A stretch of 35,409 bases of DNA from an uncultured Halobacteriales archaeon (lineage in GTDB: Archaea; Halobacteriota; Halobacteria; Halobacteriales; Haloarculaceae): NCBI GenBank assembly GCA_964423305.1, contig CAYREK010000009.1, forward strand, positions 1 through 35,409. Reading direction: 5' to 3'. The notes under the pieces are model-generated. The model ran no database searches, was not told where the DNA came from, and worked only from the letters and a program-made list of their open reading frames with translations. Position 1 is the first letter of the stretch; every line of letters starts with the position of its first letter. Shown piece after piece: positions 18,655 to 28,362 of the stretch. The position numbers and the translations under genes are program-made.

Positions 18655-19674
18655 TCAGCCGCGCCACTCTAACACCGTTGCCGACCACGTGTAGCCGGTT
18701 CCGGCGGCAAGAAAGACGACGAGATCGCCCGGCTCGATCCGGCCGTCCTCGAGACCCTCCTGTACCGCCAGTAGCTGATCGGCACTCTGGACGTGCCCGT
18801 ACTCTTCGAGGTAGTATCCGTCGGTCGCCGGGTCAACCCCGAGTTCCTCGAGCAGCCGCTCGTGGAAGGATCGTTTCATGTGCGTGACGGCTATAAAGTC
18901 GATCGTAGAGCGGTCGTATCCCGACCGCTCGAGCGCCCGATCGGCCACTTCGAGGTAGTTCGGGAGACTGACCGGCCCGAGTCGCTCTTTCATTCCCTCG
19001 GGATCAGGCACGTCGAGGCTGTGCCGGCCGGCCGCGACCGTCTCGGCGGAGGGTGGATTCCGCGATCCGCCCGCGGGGACGATCACGTCCTCTGAAAAGG
19101 AGCCGTCGGTGACGGCGTGACTCGCCCGCACCACGGCCCGTGGCTCGTCGGGATCGGCTTCAAGAACGGCGGCGGTCGCGCCGCTCCCGAAATTGAATGC
19201 AAAGGAGGCGTCCTCGTTCCCGTAATCGATCAGGTCTTCCTCGCGGCTGGCGCCGATCAACAGTGCCGTCTCGGGGCTATCGGCCCGGAGCTGTGCGGTT
19301 GCCTCACGCAGTGCGATCGGTGCCCCCGCACACAGCGCGTAACTCTCCGTGGCGTAGGCGTTCTCGGCGCCCAGCCGCTCTGCGATGTTCGCCGCTGCCG
19401 ACCAGACGACATAGTCTTTGTACTCACTGCCGTGATACACGACGAGATCGAGCGCCTCGGGATCGAGTCCGGCGTCGGCGAGGGCCCGCTCCCCGGCTCG
19501 AACGCCCATGTCGGTCACGTGGTCCTCGTCCGGCGGGCAGACGTGTTTCTCTACCAACCCCATCTTCTCGGTGACGACCCACTCCGGAATCCCGCTCTCG
19601 GCGGCGATCTCCCCGCCCGTGACGACGCGATCCGGAACGTATCGTCCGTGGCCGGTCAGGCCCACCTCGGTCAT
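18655..19674 (-). CDS. 3-oxoacyl-ACP synthase III (FabH)-like condensing enzyme
   Basis: Catalytic Cys (YALCAG), FGSGATA, His (VTHMK), YGHVQSAD, AAGTGYTW; ATG at 19674. Confidence 0.88.
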   Translation of the reverse strand: MTEVGLTGHGRYVPDRVVTGGEIAAESGIPEWVVTEKMGLVEKHVCPPDEDHVTDMGVRAGERALADAGLDPEALDLVVYHGSEYKDYVVWSAAANIAERLGAENAYATESYALCAGAPIALREATAQLRADSPETALLIGASREEDLIDYGNEDASFAFNFGSGATAAVLEADPDEPRAVVRASHAVTDGSFSEDVIVPAGGSRNPPSAETVAAGRHSLDVPDPEGMKERLGPVSLPNYLEVADRALERSGYDRSTIDFIAVTHMKRSFHERLLEELGVDPATDGYYLEEYGHVQSADQLLAVQEGLEDGRIEPGDLVVFLAAGTGYTWSATVLEWRG

Positions 19675-19753
19675 GGCCGACGTTTGAACGCCCCAACGTT
19701 GAACGTTCTCACTCGCCCCGACGCGGCGTCGCGACTCACAGCCTGACGAGATC

Positions 19754-19760
19754 AAAAAAA
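19754..19760 (-). terminator. Oligo-T terminator candidate
   Basis: T7 run on the minus strand 16 nt after the stop of the small membrane ORF. Confidence 0.45.
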
Positions 19761-19776
19761 GTGTTGCGTGGCGGGC

Positions 19777-20034
19777 CTACCGGTTGGTCGGGTTGACGCG
19801 GCCGGTTTCTGCCGAGCCGTCGGTCTGTGCGTCGGTCTCGGCGGGTGTGCCGCCGGACTCCTCGCGGAGCCGCCCGACGACCAGGGCGGTGAACGCGCCG
19901 CCGACGAACGCGATCGCAAGCGCCGGCGCGGAGAGGACGGCGATAAACGCCGGTCCGATGGCGGCGTAGACCAGCACGCCGCCGACCGTGAACTGCTCGC
20001 GGTACGATATCGTGGTGTGGGGTGAGTCTCTCAT
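19777..20034 (-). CDS. Small membrane protein (85 aa)
   Basis: Hydrophobic core (FTVGGVLVYAAIGPAFIAVLSAPALAIAFVGGAFTALVVG) with an acidic tail; T-tract downstream. Confidence 0.62.
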   Translation of the reverse strand: MRDSPHTTISYREQFTVGGVLVYAAIGPAFIAVLSAPALAIAFVGGAFTALVVGRLREESGGTPAETDAQTDGSAETGRVNPTNR

Positions 20035-20216
20035 TGAGTGTGGTGATCGCTGGGACAATTCGAAACGAGACACCCAGCTGTGACCGCTTTCTGGCGACCA
20101 CAGTTACTGGCTGCCCTGCCGCGTAGAACGGACTGCCAGGACAGTCAGGAGCGCTGGAAAAGCTCCATACCAACTGTGTGCGTGTCGAATTGTTTAATTA
20201 TTTCGAAATTGACCGG

Positions 20217-21773
20217 TCACTCGTCGCCAAACTCCTCGGCGACGACGGTCCGATCGATCTTCGAGACGCCGCTCGTGGGGATCTCCTCGACGACCCTGAG
20301 CGCCTTCGGGAGCTTGTACCGGGCGAGACGGCCGTCCGCGAACGACCGGAGCTCCTCGAGCGAGAGATCCGAATCTCCCTCGACGACGGCCTTTCCGACC
20401 TGTCCCCAGGTTTCGTCGGGGATCGGTGTCACGACGGCCTCCTCGACCGCCGGGTGATCGGTGATCACATCCTCGACCTCTGGCGGGTAGACGTTCTCTC
20501 CGCCGGAGACGAACATGTTCTTCTTACGGCCCTCGATTTTGAAGTAGCCGTCCTCGTCGACCCGTGCGAGATCGCCCGTCGAGACCCAGCCGTCGCCGAA
20601 CGCGGCGGCAGTCTCGGTCTCGTTTCGCCAGTACCGGTCCCCGGCCGCGGGGCCGGCGAGTTCGAGTTCGCCGATCTCGCCCGGCGGGAGTTGCCGGCCG
20701 TCCTCGTCGACCACGCGAGCGTCGACGTACAGCCCCGGTCGACCGATCGTGTCGGTCTTTTCACGAGGGAACCCCTCGGGCATGGCGAAGTTGTTCGGTC
20801 CACATTCCGTCAGTCCGTACCCCTGAGAGATCTCGACCCCGCGATCGGCCCACGCGTCGATTGTTGCCTCACGGGCGGGTCCGCCCCCGCTTTTGACAAA
20901 GCGCAGCGAGGACAGATCGACCTCCGCCCACAGCTCGTGGTCGATCATGAATCGCAACACCGCTGGTACGGCGACCAGCACCGTCGCCGCCCGCTCGTCG
21001 ATCAGCTCGAGTACCGTTCCGGGCTCGACCTCTCTGGTGGTGACGACGGTCCCCCCGAGCTGAAAGAGCGGGACGGTGAGGACGTTCCACCCCCCAGTGT
21101 GGAAGAACGGAAACACCATCGGCGTGGTGTCGTCCGGCCGGAGACCCCAGCTGAGGATCGTCGTGAAGGCGTTCCAGAGGATCCCACCGTGGGTCTGGAC
21201 GACCTGTTTCGGGAGGCCGGTCGAGCCGCCGGTGTGCAAAAACAGGTGCGGATCGGATAGAGCCACCGGCTCCCGGTCGACGGGCTCGTCGTCGGCCGGC
21301 AGCTCGTAGGACTGCCAGCCGCTTTCGACGGACGCCCCCTCTGTAGAGATGGCAAGCGTAGGGACCCCCTCGAGTTCTGGCTGGTCGAGTCCCGGGGCGA
21401 GATCTGAGAGAAACGGCGTCTCCGCGACGACCAGCGCTGGATCGGTGTCCGCGAGTAGCGCTCCCAGCTCCGGCGGCGCGAGCCGGTGTGACAGCGGCGC
21501 CAGCACCGCGCCGAGCTTCGCGGTCGCGAAGTACAGATCGACGATCTCCGGTCGGTTGCGCGAGACGACCGCGACCCGGTCGCCCGCGCCGATCCCGTGA
21601 GCACGCAGCAACCGGGCGGTCCGATTTGCCCGCCGGTCAAGCTCGGCGTACGTGTACTCGGCTCCCGTGTCGGCGTCGACCAGTCCCACCCGATCGGGGG
21701 TCAGCGCCGCACGGCGCTCGCTGAGTCCTCCGACCCAGCCGTAGGGTCGATCGCTGTGCTCGTGGACGCGCAT
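20217..21773 (-). CDS. Acyl-CoA synthetase (AMP-forming, long-chain/MenE-like)
   Basis: HTGGSTGLPK AMP-binding loop, PFFHTGG, QGYGLTE, STGD, GRKKNMFVSGGENVYP, SGVSKID. Confidence 0.92.
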   Translation of the reverse strand: MRVHEHSDRPYGWVGGLSERRAALTPDRVGLVDADTGAEYTYAELDRRANRTARLLRAHGIGAGDRVAVVSRNRPEIVDLYFATAKLGAVLAPLSHRLAPPELGALLADTDPALVVAETPFLSDLAPGLDQPELEGVPTLAISTEGASVESGWQSYELPADDEPVDREPVALSDPHLFLHTGGSTGLPKQVVQTHGGILWNAFTTILSWGLRPDDTTPMVFPFFHTGGWNVLTVPLFQLGGTVVTTREVEPGTVLELIDERAATVLVAVPAVLRFMIDHELWAEVDLSSLRFVKSGGGPAREATIDAWADRGVEISQGYGLTECGPNNFAMPEGFPREKTDTIGRPGLYVDARVVDEDGRQLPPGEIGELELAGPAAGDRYWRNETETAAAFGDGWVSTGDLARVDEDGYFKIEGRKKNMFVSGGENVYPPEVEDVITDHPAVEEAVVTPIPDETWGQVGKAVVEGDSDLSLEELRSFADGRLARYKLPKALRVVEEIPTSGVSKIDRTVVAEEFGDE

Positions 21774-21872
21774 CGCCGGTCGTTGCCCGGGCAGTGATAT
21801 AAACCAGACGAACCCGCCACACAGACGGCGTCCTGAAAGAGTTTAGTCAGTACAAATACCTAGAACAAACCC

Positions 21873-21884
21873 GGTAAATTTACC
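21873..21884. promoter_or_regulatory. Perfect 12-bp palindrome GGTAAATTTACC at the TATA position of the transporter operon
   Basis: Lies 25-36 nt upstream of the SBP ATG in the divergent promoter region. Confidence 0.5.
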
Positions 21885-21908
21885 TTTGTGGCAGCGAACC
21901 ATCGAGGT

Positions 21909-23276
21909 ATGAATTCTGACCGCGTGTCTCGACGGACGATGCTCGGGTCGGTCGGCGCGGCCGGCGTCGCCGCGCTGGCCGGCTGTACCGGCAACGGCGA
22001 CACCGGCAACGATGGAACGACGACCGGGTCGGCTGAGGGAACCCTCCGCATCGGCCTGCTTCAGGATTTCTCCGGAGTGCTTCCGGAGTACGGACAGCAG
22101 GGGACCGCGGGCTTTTACAGCGGTCTCGCGTACAAGGCAGACGACGATCCGCTACCGGCTGACGCCGTCGACGCCGGCGAGTACGAGTACTCAGTCGGTG
22201 ACGTCGACTTCGAGATCGTCGCCCGCGATACCGGCTTCGCCGCGAGCGAGGCACAGCAACTCGCCGAGGAACTCGTCACGCAAGACGATGTCGACCTGCT
22301 CTACGGCGTTGGCAACTCCGGTGGCGCAACACGGGTCATCAACCAGGTCGTCGACCAGTCGAACACGCCCTTTATTATCGGTCCGGCGGCCTCGGCCGGA
22401 ATCACCGCCGACGAGACGACCTGCCGGGAGAACGTCTTCCGGGCCAACGAGAACACCGCCATGGATGCCCGAAGCGGCGGCGTCTACATCGCCGAACAGA
22501 CCGATGTCGACCAGATCGCGCTGTTCGGTGCCGACACCACGTTCGGGCAGTCCGTCGTCGACAACTACCGGACGGTCCTCGAGAACCGCGGGGTCGAGAT
22601 TGTCACCGAGCGGGCCGTCCCCGAAGAGTTCTCCGAGTGGAGCGGACTGCTCGACGAGGCCGTCGACGCCGGAGCGGAGGCGATGGTCGGCGGGTTCACC
22701 GCTTCGGGACTGATCCCGTTCGGGACCGCGTTCCTCCAGGGAGAATACGACCTCCAGCTGTTCGGCGGGTTCGCATCGCGTGTCACGCTCACCGTCGTCG
22801 GCCAGACGCTCGCGGACGTGCTCGGCGAGGAGTTCACAAACGAGGGGCTCGATCAGGCCGACTTCGGCCCGTTCACGACGCGATACCACTGGAACCAGTA
22901 CGACAACCCGATTAACGACTCGTTTATCGACACCCACACCGAGGCCTACGATGTCGTTCCGGACCTGTTCACCGGCGGCGCGTTCACCGCGGCCTCGGCG
23001 CTCGTCCAGGCGATCGAGGAGGAAGGCGAGGTCAGCCCCGACGCCGTCGTCTCGGGCATGCGCGGGATGACCGTCACCGACACGCCGAAAGGCGAGAACG
23101 CCTACACGTTCCAAGAGTACAACAACCAGGCCCGCTCGCAGATGACCGTCGCTCCGGTCGAGGTTGCCGACGACGAGCCGAACTGGCCGGCCCAGATCAA
23201 ACCCGGCGACCCGATCGAGACTGTCTCTGCTGAGGAGGTAACCCGGCCCGCCGACGACATGACCTGCGACCTGTAG
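21909..23276 (+). CDS. ABC transporter substrate-binding lipoprotein (LivJ/K type)
   Basis: Tat motif SRRTML, lipobox LAGC, FRANENTAMDARSGG, type I periplasmic-binding pattern. Confidence 0.9.
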   Translation: MNSDRVSRRTMLGSVGAAGVAALAGCTGNGDTGNDGTTTGSAEGTLRIGLLQDFSGVLPEYGQQGTAGFYSGLAYKADDDPLPADAVDAGEYEYSVGDVDFEIVARDTGFAASEAQQLAEELVTQDDVDLLYGVGNSGGATRVINQVVDQSNTPFIIGPAASAGITADETTCRENVFRANENTAMDARSGGVYIAEQTDVDQIALFGADTTFGQSVVDNYRTVLENRGVEIVTERAVPEEFSEWSGLLDEAVDAGAEAMVGGFTASGLIPFGTAFLQGEYDLQLFGGFASRVTLTVVGQTLADVLGEEFTNEGLDQADFGPFTTRYHWNQYDNPINDSFIDTHTEAYDVVPDLFTGGAFTAASALVQAIEEEGEVSPDAVVSGMRGMTVTDTPKGENAYTFQEYNNQARSQMTVAPVEVADDEPNWPAQIKPGDPIETVSAEEVTRPADDMTCDL

Positions 23277-23318
23277 CCAGCCACCCCTCGCAGTTCCAGA
23301 CGCTACTCTCAGGACCGA

Positions 23319-24101
23319 ATGCTACGCACGACAAACCTCACGAAACGGTTCGGCGGGCTCACAGCCGTCCAGGCCGTCGACTTCGAGTTAGACGATCGGC
23401 TCACCTCGCTGATCGGCCCTAACGGCGCCGGCAAGACGCCGTTTTTCAACCTGCTGACCGGCGCGCTCGCCCCGACCGACGGGCGAATCGAGCTTAGAGC
23501 CGACGACGGGTGGCGAGATATCACCGACAGCGACACCGCCGAGACCGCACAGCTCGGCATTCACCGGTCGTACCAGATAACGAATATTTTTCCCGAGAGC
23601 ACCGTCCTCGAGAACGTCCGGATCGCCGTCCAGGCACACGGCACCGACTCGATCCGGTTCTGGCGTAACGTCGGGGCCTTCGAGGACCACTACGAGCGCG
23701 CCAACGAGATCCTGGCGCGGGTCGGGCTCGCCGAGGCGGCCGACGAGCGAGCTGAGGCGCTCAGCCACGGCGAGAAACGCCAACTCGAGGTCGGGATCGC
23801 GCTAGCCGGTGACCCGGACGTGTTGCTGCTCGATGAGCCAAACGCTGGTGTCTCCTCGGACGCCGTCGGTCAGATCAAACGTATCATCGAGGATATCGCG
23901 GCCGATCACGCCGTCTTGCTCGTCGAGCACAACATGGACCTGGTGATGGATGTCTCCGACCGGGTGGTCGTGCTCAACCAGGGCGAGCTGATCGCCGACG
24001 GCCCCCCCGCTGAGATCCGCGGCGATCCGGCGGTCCAGGACGCGTACCTTGGCGGGTACGAGCCGGGCGATCTCGTTCGTGTGACGGAGGGCTCGGCGTG
24101 A
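23319..24101 (+). CDS. livG: ABC transporter ATP-binding protein, LivG type
   Basis: KRFGGLTAV, GPNGAGKT, LSHGEKRQLE, LLLDEP, VEHNMD, VQDAYLG. Confidence 0.9.
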   Translation: MLRTTNLTKRFGGLTAVQAVDFELDDRLTSLIGPNGAGKTPFFNLLTGALAPTDGRIELRADDGWRDITDSDTAETAQLGIHRSYQITNIFPESTVLENVRIAVQAHGTDSIRFWRNVGAFEDHYERANEILARVGLAEAADERAEALSHGEKRQLEVGIALAGDPDVLLLDEPNAGVSSDAVGQIKRIIEDIAADHAVLLVEHNMDLVMDVSDRVVVLNQGELIADGPPAEIRGDPAVQDAYLGGYEPGDLVRVTEGSA

Positions 24102-24796
24102 CGCTGCTGGAACTCGAAAACGTCCACGCCTACTACGGCGAGAGTCACATCTTGGAGGGCGTCGATCTCACCGTCGAGGAAGACGAGGTCGTCGCCCTAC
24201 TCGGACGCAACGGCGTCGGTAAGACGACGACGCTCCGATCGATTCTCCAGCTCACGCCGCCCCGTGAGGGTTCGGTTCGGTTCCGCGGCGACGAGCTGGT
24301 CGGCCGCGACACCTACGAGGTGGCTGACGCCGGTATCGGCTGGATCCCGGAGGAGCGGCGCATCTTCGGACGGCTTACTGTCGAGGAGAACGTCCGTGCG
24401 GCGGTTCCAAGTCGAGGGCAGGTGCCGGCCGCCCTCGAGCGGGTCTACGATCGGTTTCCGATCCTCGGCGAGCGGGCCGGACAGCGCGCCGGGACCCTCT
24501 CGGGGGGCCAACAACAGATGCTCGCGATCGCTCGCGGGCTGGTCGGGGACAACGACCTCCTGCTGGTCGACGAACCGAGCGAGGGACTGGCCCCCCAGAT
24601 CGTCACCGATGTCGGCCAAGCGCTGCTCGAGACCGCCCGGTCGATCCCCGTGTTGCTGGTCGAGCAGAAACTCGGGCTCGCTTTAGATCTCGCCGACCGG
24701 TTTTACGTGATGGACCAAGGACAGATCGTCGATCAGGGACGAACCGACGCGGTGTCGGTCGAGGACGAGCGACTCCGGAGGTACCTGTCTGCATGA
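24098..24796 (+). CDS. livF: ABC transporter ATP-binding protein, LivF type
   Basis: GRNGVGKTT, PEERRIF, LSGGQQQMLAI, DEPSEGLAP. Confidence 0.9.
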   Translation: MTLLELENVHAYYGESHILEGVDLTVEEDEVVALLGRNGVGKTTTLRSILQLTPPREGSVRFRGDELVGRDTYEVADAGIGWIPEERRIFGRLTVEENVRAAVPSRGQVPAALERVYDRFPILGERAGQRAGTLSGGQQQMLAIARGLVGDNDLLLVDEPSEGLAPQIVTDVGQALLETARSIPVLLVEQKLGLALDLADRFYVMDQGQIVDQGRTDAVSVEDERLRRYLSA

Positions 24797-25839
24797 TCGA
24801 CCTGCTGGGAGCGGGCCTGGGACAGCCGCTCGCGGTCGGCGAACTCGCCGACCTGCTGAGTTCGCCCTCGGAGCTGTCCCGTGTATTCATCGAGGGCCTG
24901 GCAAAAGCCAGCCTCTATCTGATGATCGCCAGCGGCCTGACGCTGATTTTCGGCCTGATGGACGTGCTCAACTTCGCTCACGGCGCGTTCACGATGTACG
25001 GCGCCTACATCGCCGGCGCCGCGGTGCTCGGCCTCGGCGTCGGCTCGCTCGGCGTCGGCGGCGCGGTCGGGGCCTTCCTGCTGGTGTTGGTCGCGGTCTT
25101 CCTGCTGCTCGCGGCCGCCGGAACGGTCTTCGAGCTGACGTTGATCCGCCGGCTGTACGAGTACCCCCCGATCTTCATGATCCTACTCACGTTCGGGGTG
25201 GCGATCACCTTAGAGGAGCTGATGCGGATAATCGTGGAGTTTCAGAACGTCAACAACGGCCAGTGGAACATCCGCTGGGCGACGCCCAGACAGACCACCG
25301 TCCCGGCGGTCTTCGACGAGACGATCCACCTCGGCCCGATCAGCTTCAGCGGCTTACACCCCTTCGAGATCGCCCTCGGTGCGGTCACCCTCATCGGCAT
25401 CTGGGCGTTTCTGAACAAGACCCGCTACGGACTGTTCGTCCGGGCGGGCGTCGAGGACGAGGAGATGGCAAAGGCCCTCGGGATCGACATCAAGCGCACG
25501 TTCACCGTGGTGTTCGCGATCGGGTCCGGGCTGGCCGGAGCGGCCGGGGTGATGCTCATGTGGGACCCGCTCTGGCGCGTCGAGGTCCCGCTCGCGCTCG
25601 ACGTGTTGTTACCGGCGTTCGTGATCGTGATCGTCGACGGGCTCGGCTCGTTCAAGGGCACCGCGGTTGCCTCGCTGCTGATCGGAATGATCGACGCGCT
25701 TGCCTCGTGGGCCTTCCAGGTCGGTGTCGTTGAGTTCACCGATATCGACCAGCTGATGATCTTCGCGATCCTAGTGGTGATGCTCATCATCCGCCCCCGC
25801 GGGCTGTTCGGCGTCGAAGGGCAGGGTGATCACGGATGA
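24793..25839 (+). CDS. livH: ABC transporter permease, LivH type
   Basis: GLTLIFGLMDVLNFAHG, TRYGLFVRA, RPRGLFG. Confidence 0.88.
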   Translation: MIDLLGAGLGQPLAVGELADLLSSPSELSRVFIEGLAKASLYLMIASGLTLIFGLMDVLNFAHGAFTMYGAYIAGAAVLGLGVGSLGVGGAVGAFLLVLVAVFLLLAAAGTVFELTLIRRLYEYPPIFMILLTFGVAITLEELMRIIVEFQNVNNGQWNIRWATPRQTTVPAVFDETIHLGPISFSGLHPFEIALGAVTLIGIWAFLNKTRYGLFVRAGVEDEEMAKALGIDIKRTFTVVFAIGSGLAGAAGVMLMWDPLWRVEVPLALDVLLPAFVIVIVDGLGSFKGTAVASLLIGMIDALASWAFQVGVVEFTDIDQLMIFAILVVMLIIRPRGLFGVEGQGDHG

Positions 25840-27221
25840 GCCCCGGTCCCGACGCGGCCGAGGCCGTCGAGACCGACCCGGACGCGACGAGCACGACCGC
25901 CGAGTCCTCTGGGCCGCTCCCGGCTTGGATCGGCCGGTACCTGCGCGATCACGTCGTCCACCTTGCGGTGGTGATCGTCTTTCTTCTCTACCCGTTCGTC
26001 TACGACGCGCTGTACGCCCAGTTCGGGCTCGTGGTCCAGTCGCTGTTGCCGACCCCACGGACGATGCTCACCGTCCTCATCTTCGGGCTGTTTGCGATCT
26101 CGTTTGATTTCATCAGTGGCTACACGGGCTATCTCTCCTTCGGCCACGCGGCGTTTTTCGGCATCGGCGCGTACGCGGTCGTGCTCGGATTCAACGGCCA
26201 GCTGCCGCTCGTGCCGGCCCAGCTCCCGTTCGTGCCGCTGCTCGTGGTGGGGGCGGTGCTCGCGACGCTGACGGCCGTCGCGATCGGACTCGTCGCCTTC
26301 CGACTGTCTGGGGTGTATTTCGCGATGATCACGCTCGGAGTCTCCGAGATCCTGTTCGTGGCCGCGAACAACTTCGACTTCCTCACGCCCGGGTCCGCTG
26401 ACCCCAGCGAGGGGGTCGCCGCGGGCTCGGCGCTCGAGACCACCTTCGATCCGGTTCTCCGGGTCCCCTTCGTCGACGTGCTCGCGGATCTCGGCGTGCC
26501 CGCCGTGGGGGCACTCCAGGTCGAACTCGGAGCCTTCGGCGACCAGACGTTCCTCGGAGTCGATGTCGCCGGACTCCTGACCGAAACGAACCCCTCGGTG
26601 GTGACATCGTATCTCGCGATCGGGACGGTCGTACTCCTGTCGTATCTGGCCATGCAGCGGATCGTCCACTCCCCGTTCGGGCGGGTGATGATCGCGATCC
26701 GGGAGAACGAACAGCGTGCCCGCGCGATCGGCTACAACACCTTCCGGTACAAGCTCGCTGCGTTCGCGATCAGTGCGTTTTTCGGGGCGATCGCCGGCGG
26801 GTTGTTGGTCGGATACACCGGCTCGGTCGATCCGCAGAACAGCTTCTTTTTCCTGATCACCGGCTTTGCCCTGATCGCCGCGATCGTCGGTGGTCTGGGA
26901 ACGCTCGCCGGACCGCTGTTTGGGTACGTATTTCTTGAGGGCATCGAGGAGTTACTCTCCCGTGAGGGCAACGGCGGTGGGCTCCAGCCGCTGCTCGAGC
27001 AGTCCCTCCCCGGCGGGGTCCTCGAGACCGAGATCGGTGGCCTGACGATAAACCAAGCACTCGACGCCTTCATGACCGGTCACGGGGAGTTTTACACCGG
27101 TATCGTCTTCGTGCTGTTCGTCCTCTTTGTCCCGATTGGGGTGCTCGGCACGCTCCGTGCCAGAATAAGCGAGCCCACGATCGCGGCGGCGGTCTCGGCG
27201 CGGCTCCGGAGTGACGACTGA
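25836..27221 (+). CDS. livM: ABC transporter permease, LivM type
   Basis: GYTGYLSFGHAAFFGIGAY, YFAMITLG, SPFGRVMIAIRENE, GGLGTL. Confidence 0.88.
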   Translation: MSPGPDAAEAVETDPDATSTTAESSGPLPAWIGRYLRDHVVHLAVVIVFLLYPFVYDALYAQFGLVVQSLLPTPRTMLTVLIFGLFAISFDFISGYTGYLSFGHAAFFGIGAYAVVLGFNGQLPLVPAQLPFVPLLVVGAVLATLTAVAIGLVAFRLSGVYFAMITLGVSEILFVAANNFDFLTPGSADPSEGVAAGSALETTFDPVLRVPFVDVLADLGVPAVGALQVELGAFGDQTFLGVDVAGLLTETNPSVVTSYLAIGTVVLLSYLAMQRIVHSPFGRVMIAIRENEQRARAIGYNTFRYKLAAFAISAFFGAIAGGLLVGYTGSVDPQNSFFFLITGFALIAAIVGGLGTLAGPLFGYVFLEGIEELLSREGNGGGLQPLLEQSLPGGVLETEIGGLTINQALDAFMTGHGEFYTGIVFVLFVLFVPIGVLGTLRARISEPTIAAAVSARLRSDD

Positions 27222-27227
27222 CGGCGC

Positions 27228-28091
27228 TCACCCCGACTGTGCGGTGAGAAACTCTCCCAGCAGCTCGTTGACCGCGTCGGCGTGCTCGATCATGAGCATG
27301 TGCGGTGCGCCCTCGAGCACCTCGAGGCGGGCGTTTGGCAACTTCTCCGCGACCAGCCGTCCGTTCTCGACGGGGAGCACCCGGTCTGCTCTACCGTGTA
27401 CTACGAGCGTCGGCAGCTCGATGTCCCCGAGTCGGTCGCTCACGTCGAAGTTCAGCCCTGCCGCCCCCTGGGCTTCCCGCGCAAGCTCCCCGGCGTCCTG
27501 TTCGAGCCGCCAGTCGAGGATCTGTTCGATCGTCTCCGGGCTCGACTCGAAAAACTCCTCGGTCAGTGCCGGGCCCATCCGGTGACGGATCGTCTCGCGC
27601 TCGCCCGCGTCGGCCGGCGCCGCGTACATCTGCTCCCGTGTGTCCTCGGGAATCGGCACCGCTTGGTCGCCGCCGTGGGTCGTACACAGCAGTCCGAGCG
27701 ACGCTGCGCGGTCGTACTTCAGGGCGTACTGCTGGGCGATCATCCCACCCATGCTCGCGCCGACGACGTGGGCCCGTTCGACACCGGCGTCTGCGAGCAC
27801 CGCTTCGAGGTCGGCGGCCATGCCCTCGATCGAGTATCCCGCGAGCTTGAGCAACACCAGGCCCCGGAGCGACTCGGGCAATCGTCCCACGAGCGGCGAA
27901 AGCCCGACGTCCGACCGGCCCGTCCCGCGGTTGTCCGGAAACAGCAGGTCGTACTCCCCGGTGAAGGCCTCTCGCTGCCAGTGCCAGAGCCACCGACCGA
28001 CGCCGAGCCCCTCGAGGAACACCACCGCCTCCTGCTCGCTGGGCTCGCGCTCGTAGTACAGTGACACGCCATCTCTCCTCGCAAACGGCAT
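27228..28091 (-). CDS. Alpha/beta-fold hydrolase
   Basis: DNRGTGRS, nucleophile elbow GASMGG, HGRAD, APH catalytic His; ATG at 28091. Confidence 0.88.
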   Translation of the reverse strand: MPFARRDGVSLYYEREPSEQEAVVFLEGLGVGRWLWHWQREAFTGEYDLLFPDNRGTGRSDVGLSPLVGRLPESLRGLVLLKLAGYSIEGMAADLEAVLADAGVERAHVVGASMGGMIAQQYALKYDRAASLGLLCTTHGGDQAVPIPEDTREQMYAAPADAGERETIRHRMGPALTEEFFESSPETIEQILDWRLEQDAGELAREAQGAAGLNFDVSDRLGDIELPTLVVHGRADRVLPVENGRLVAEKLPNARLEVLEGAPHMLMIEHADAVNELLGEFLTAQSG

Positions 28092-28362
28092 GATGTGGAC
28101 GCCGCTCGGCGTCCTCTTAATTCTCCTGGAGACGGGCCCGCAGCCGAGGCCGTTGCCCGTTGGCGTAAGATCCGACCGCACGCGGAGAGTCGGCCGCGCC
28201 GGCGCGGACGTGCTCGGGCAGAGCTCCGGACGCTGGGTCCCCGACTCCCGCCGTCCGAGCCCCCGAGCCTGTCAGTCGGGCCCTTCTGCTCCCCTCGCGG
28301 TACCGGTCACACACGCTCGGCAGACGCTGGATCTACTGGATCCGCCGACTGCTACCGACCGC

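Noticed and set aside
28117-28314. 65-aa ORF in the gap between the hydrolase and the kinase
   Set aside because: Non-ATG start, basic Arg/Gly-rich composition unlike halophilic proteins, and no motif.
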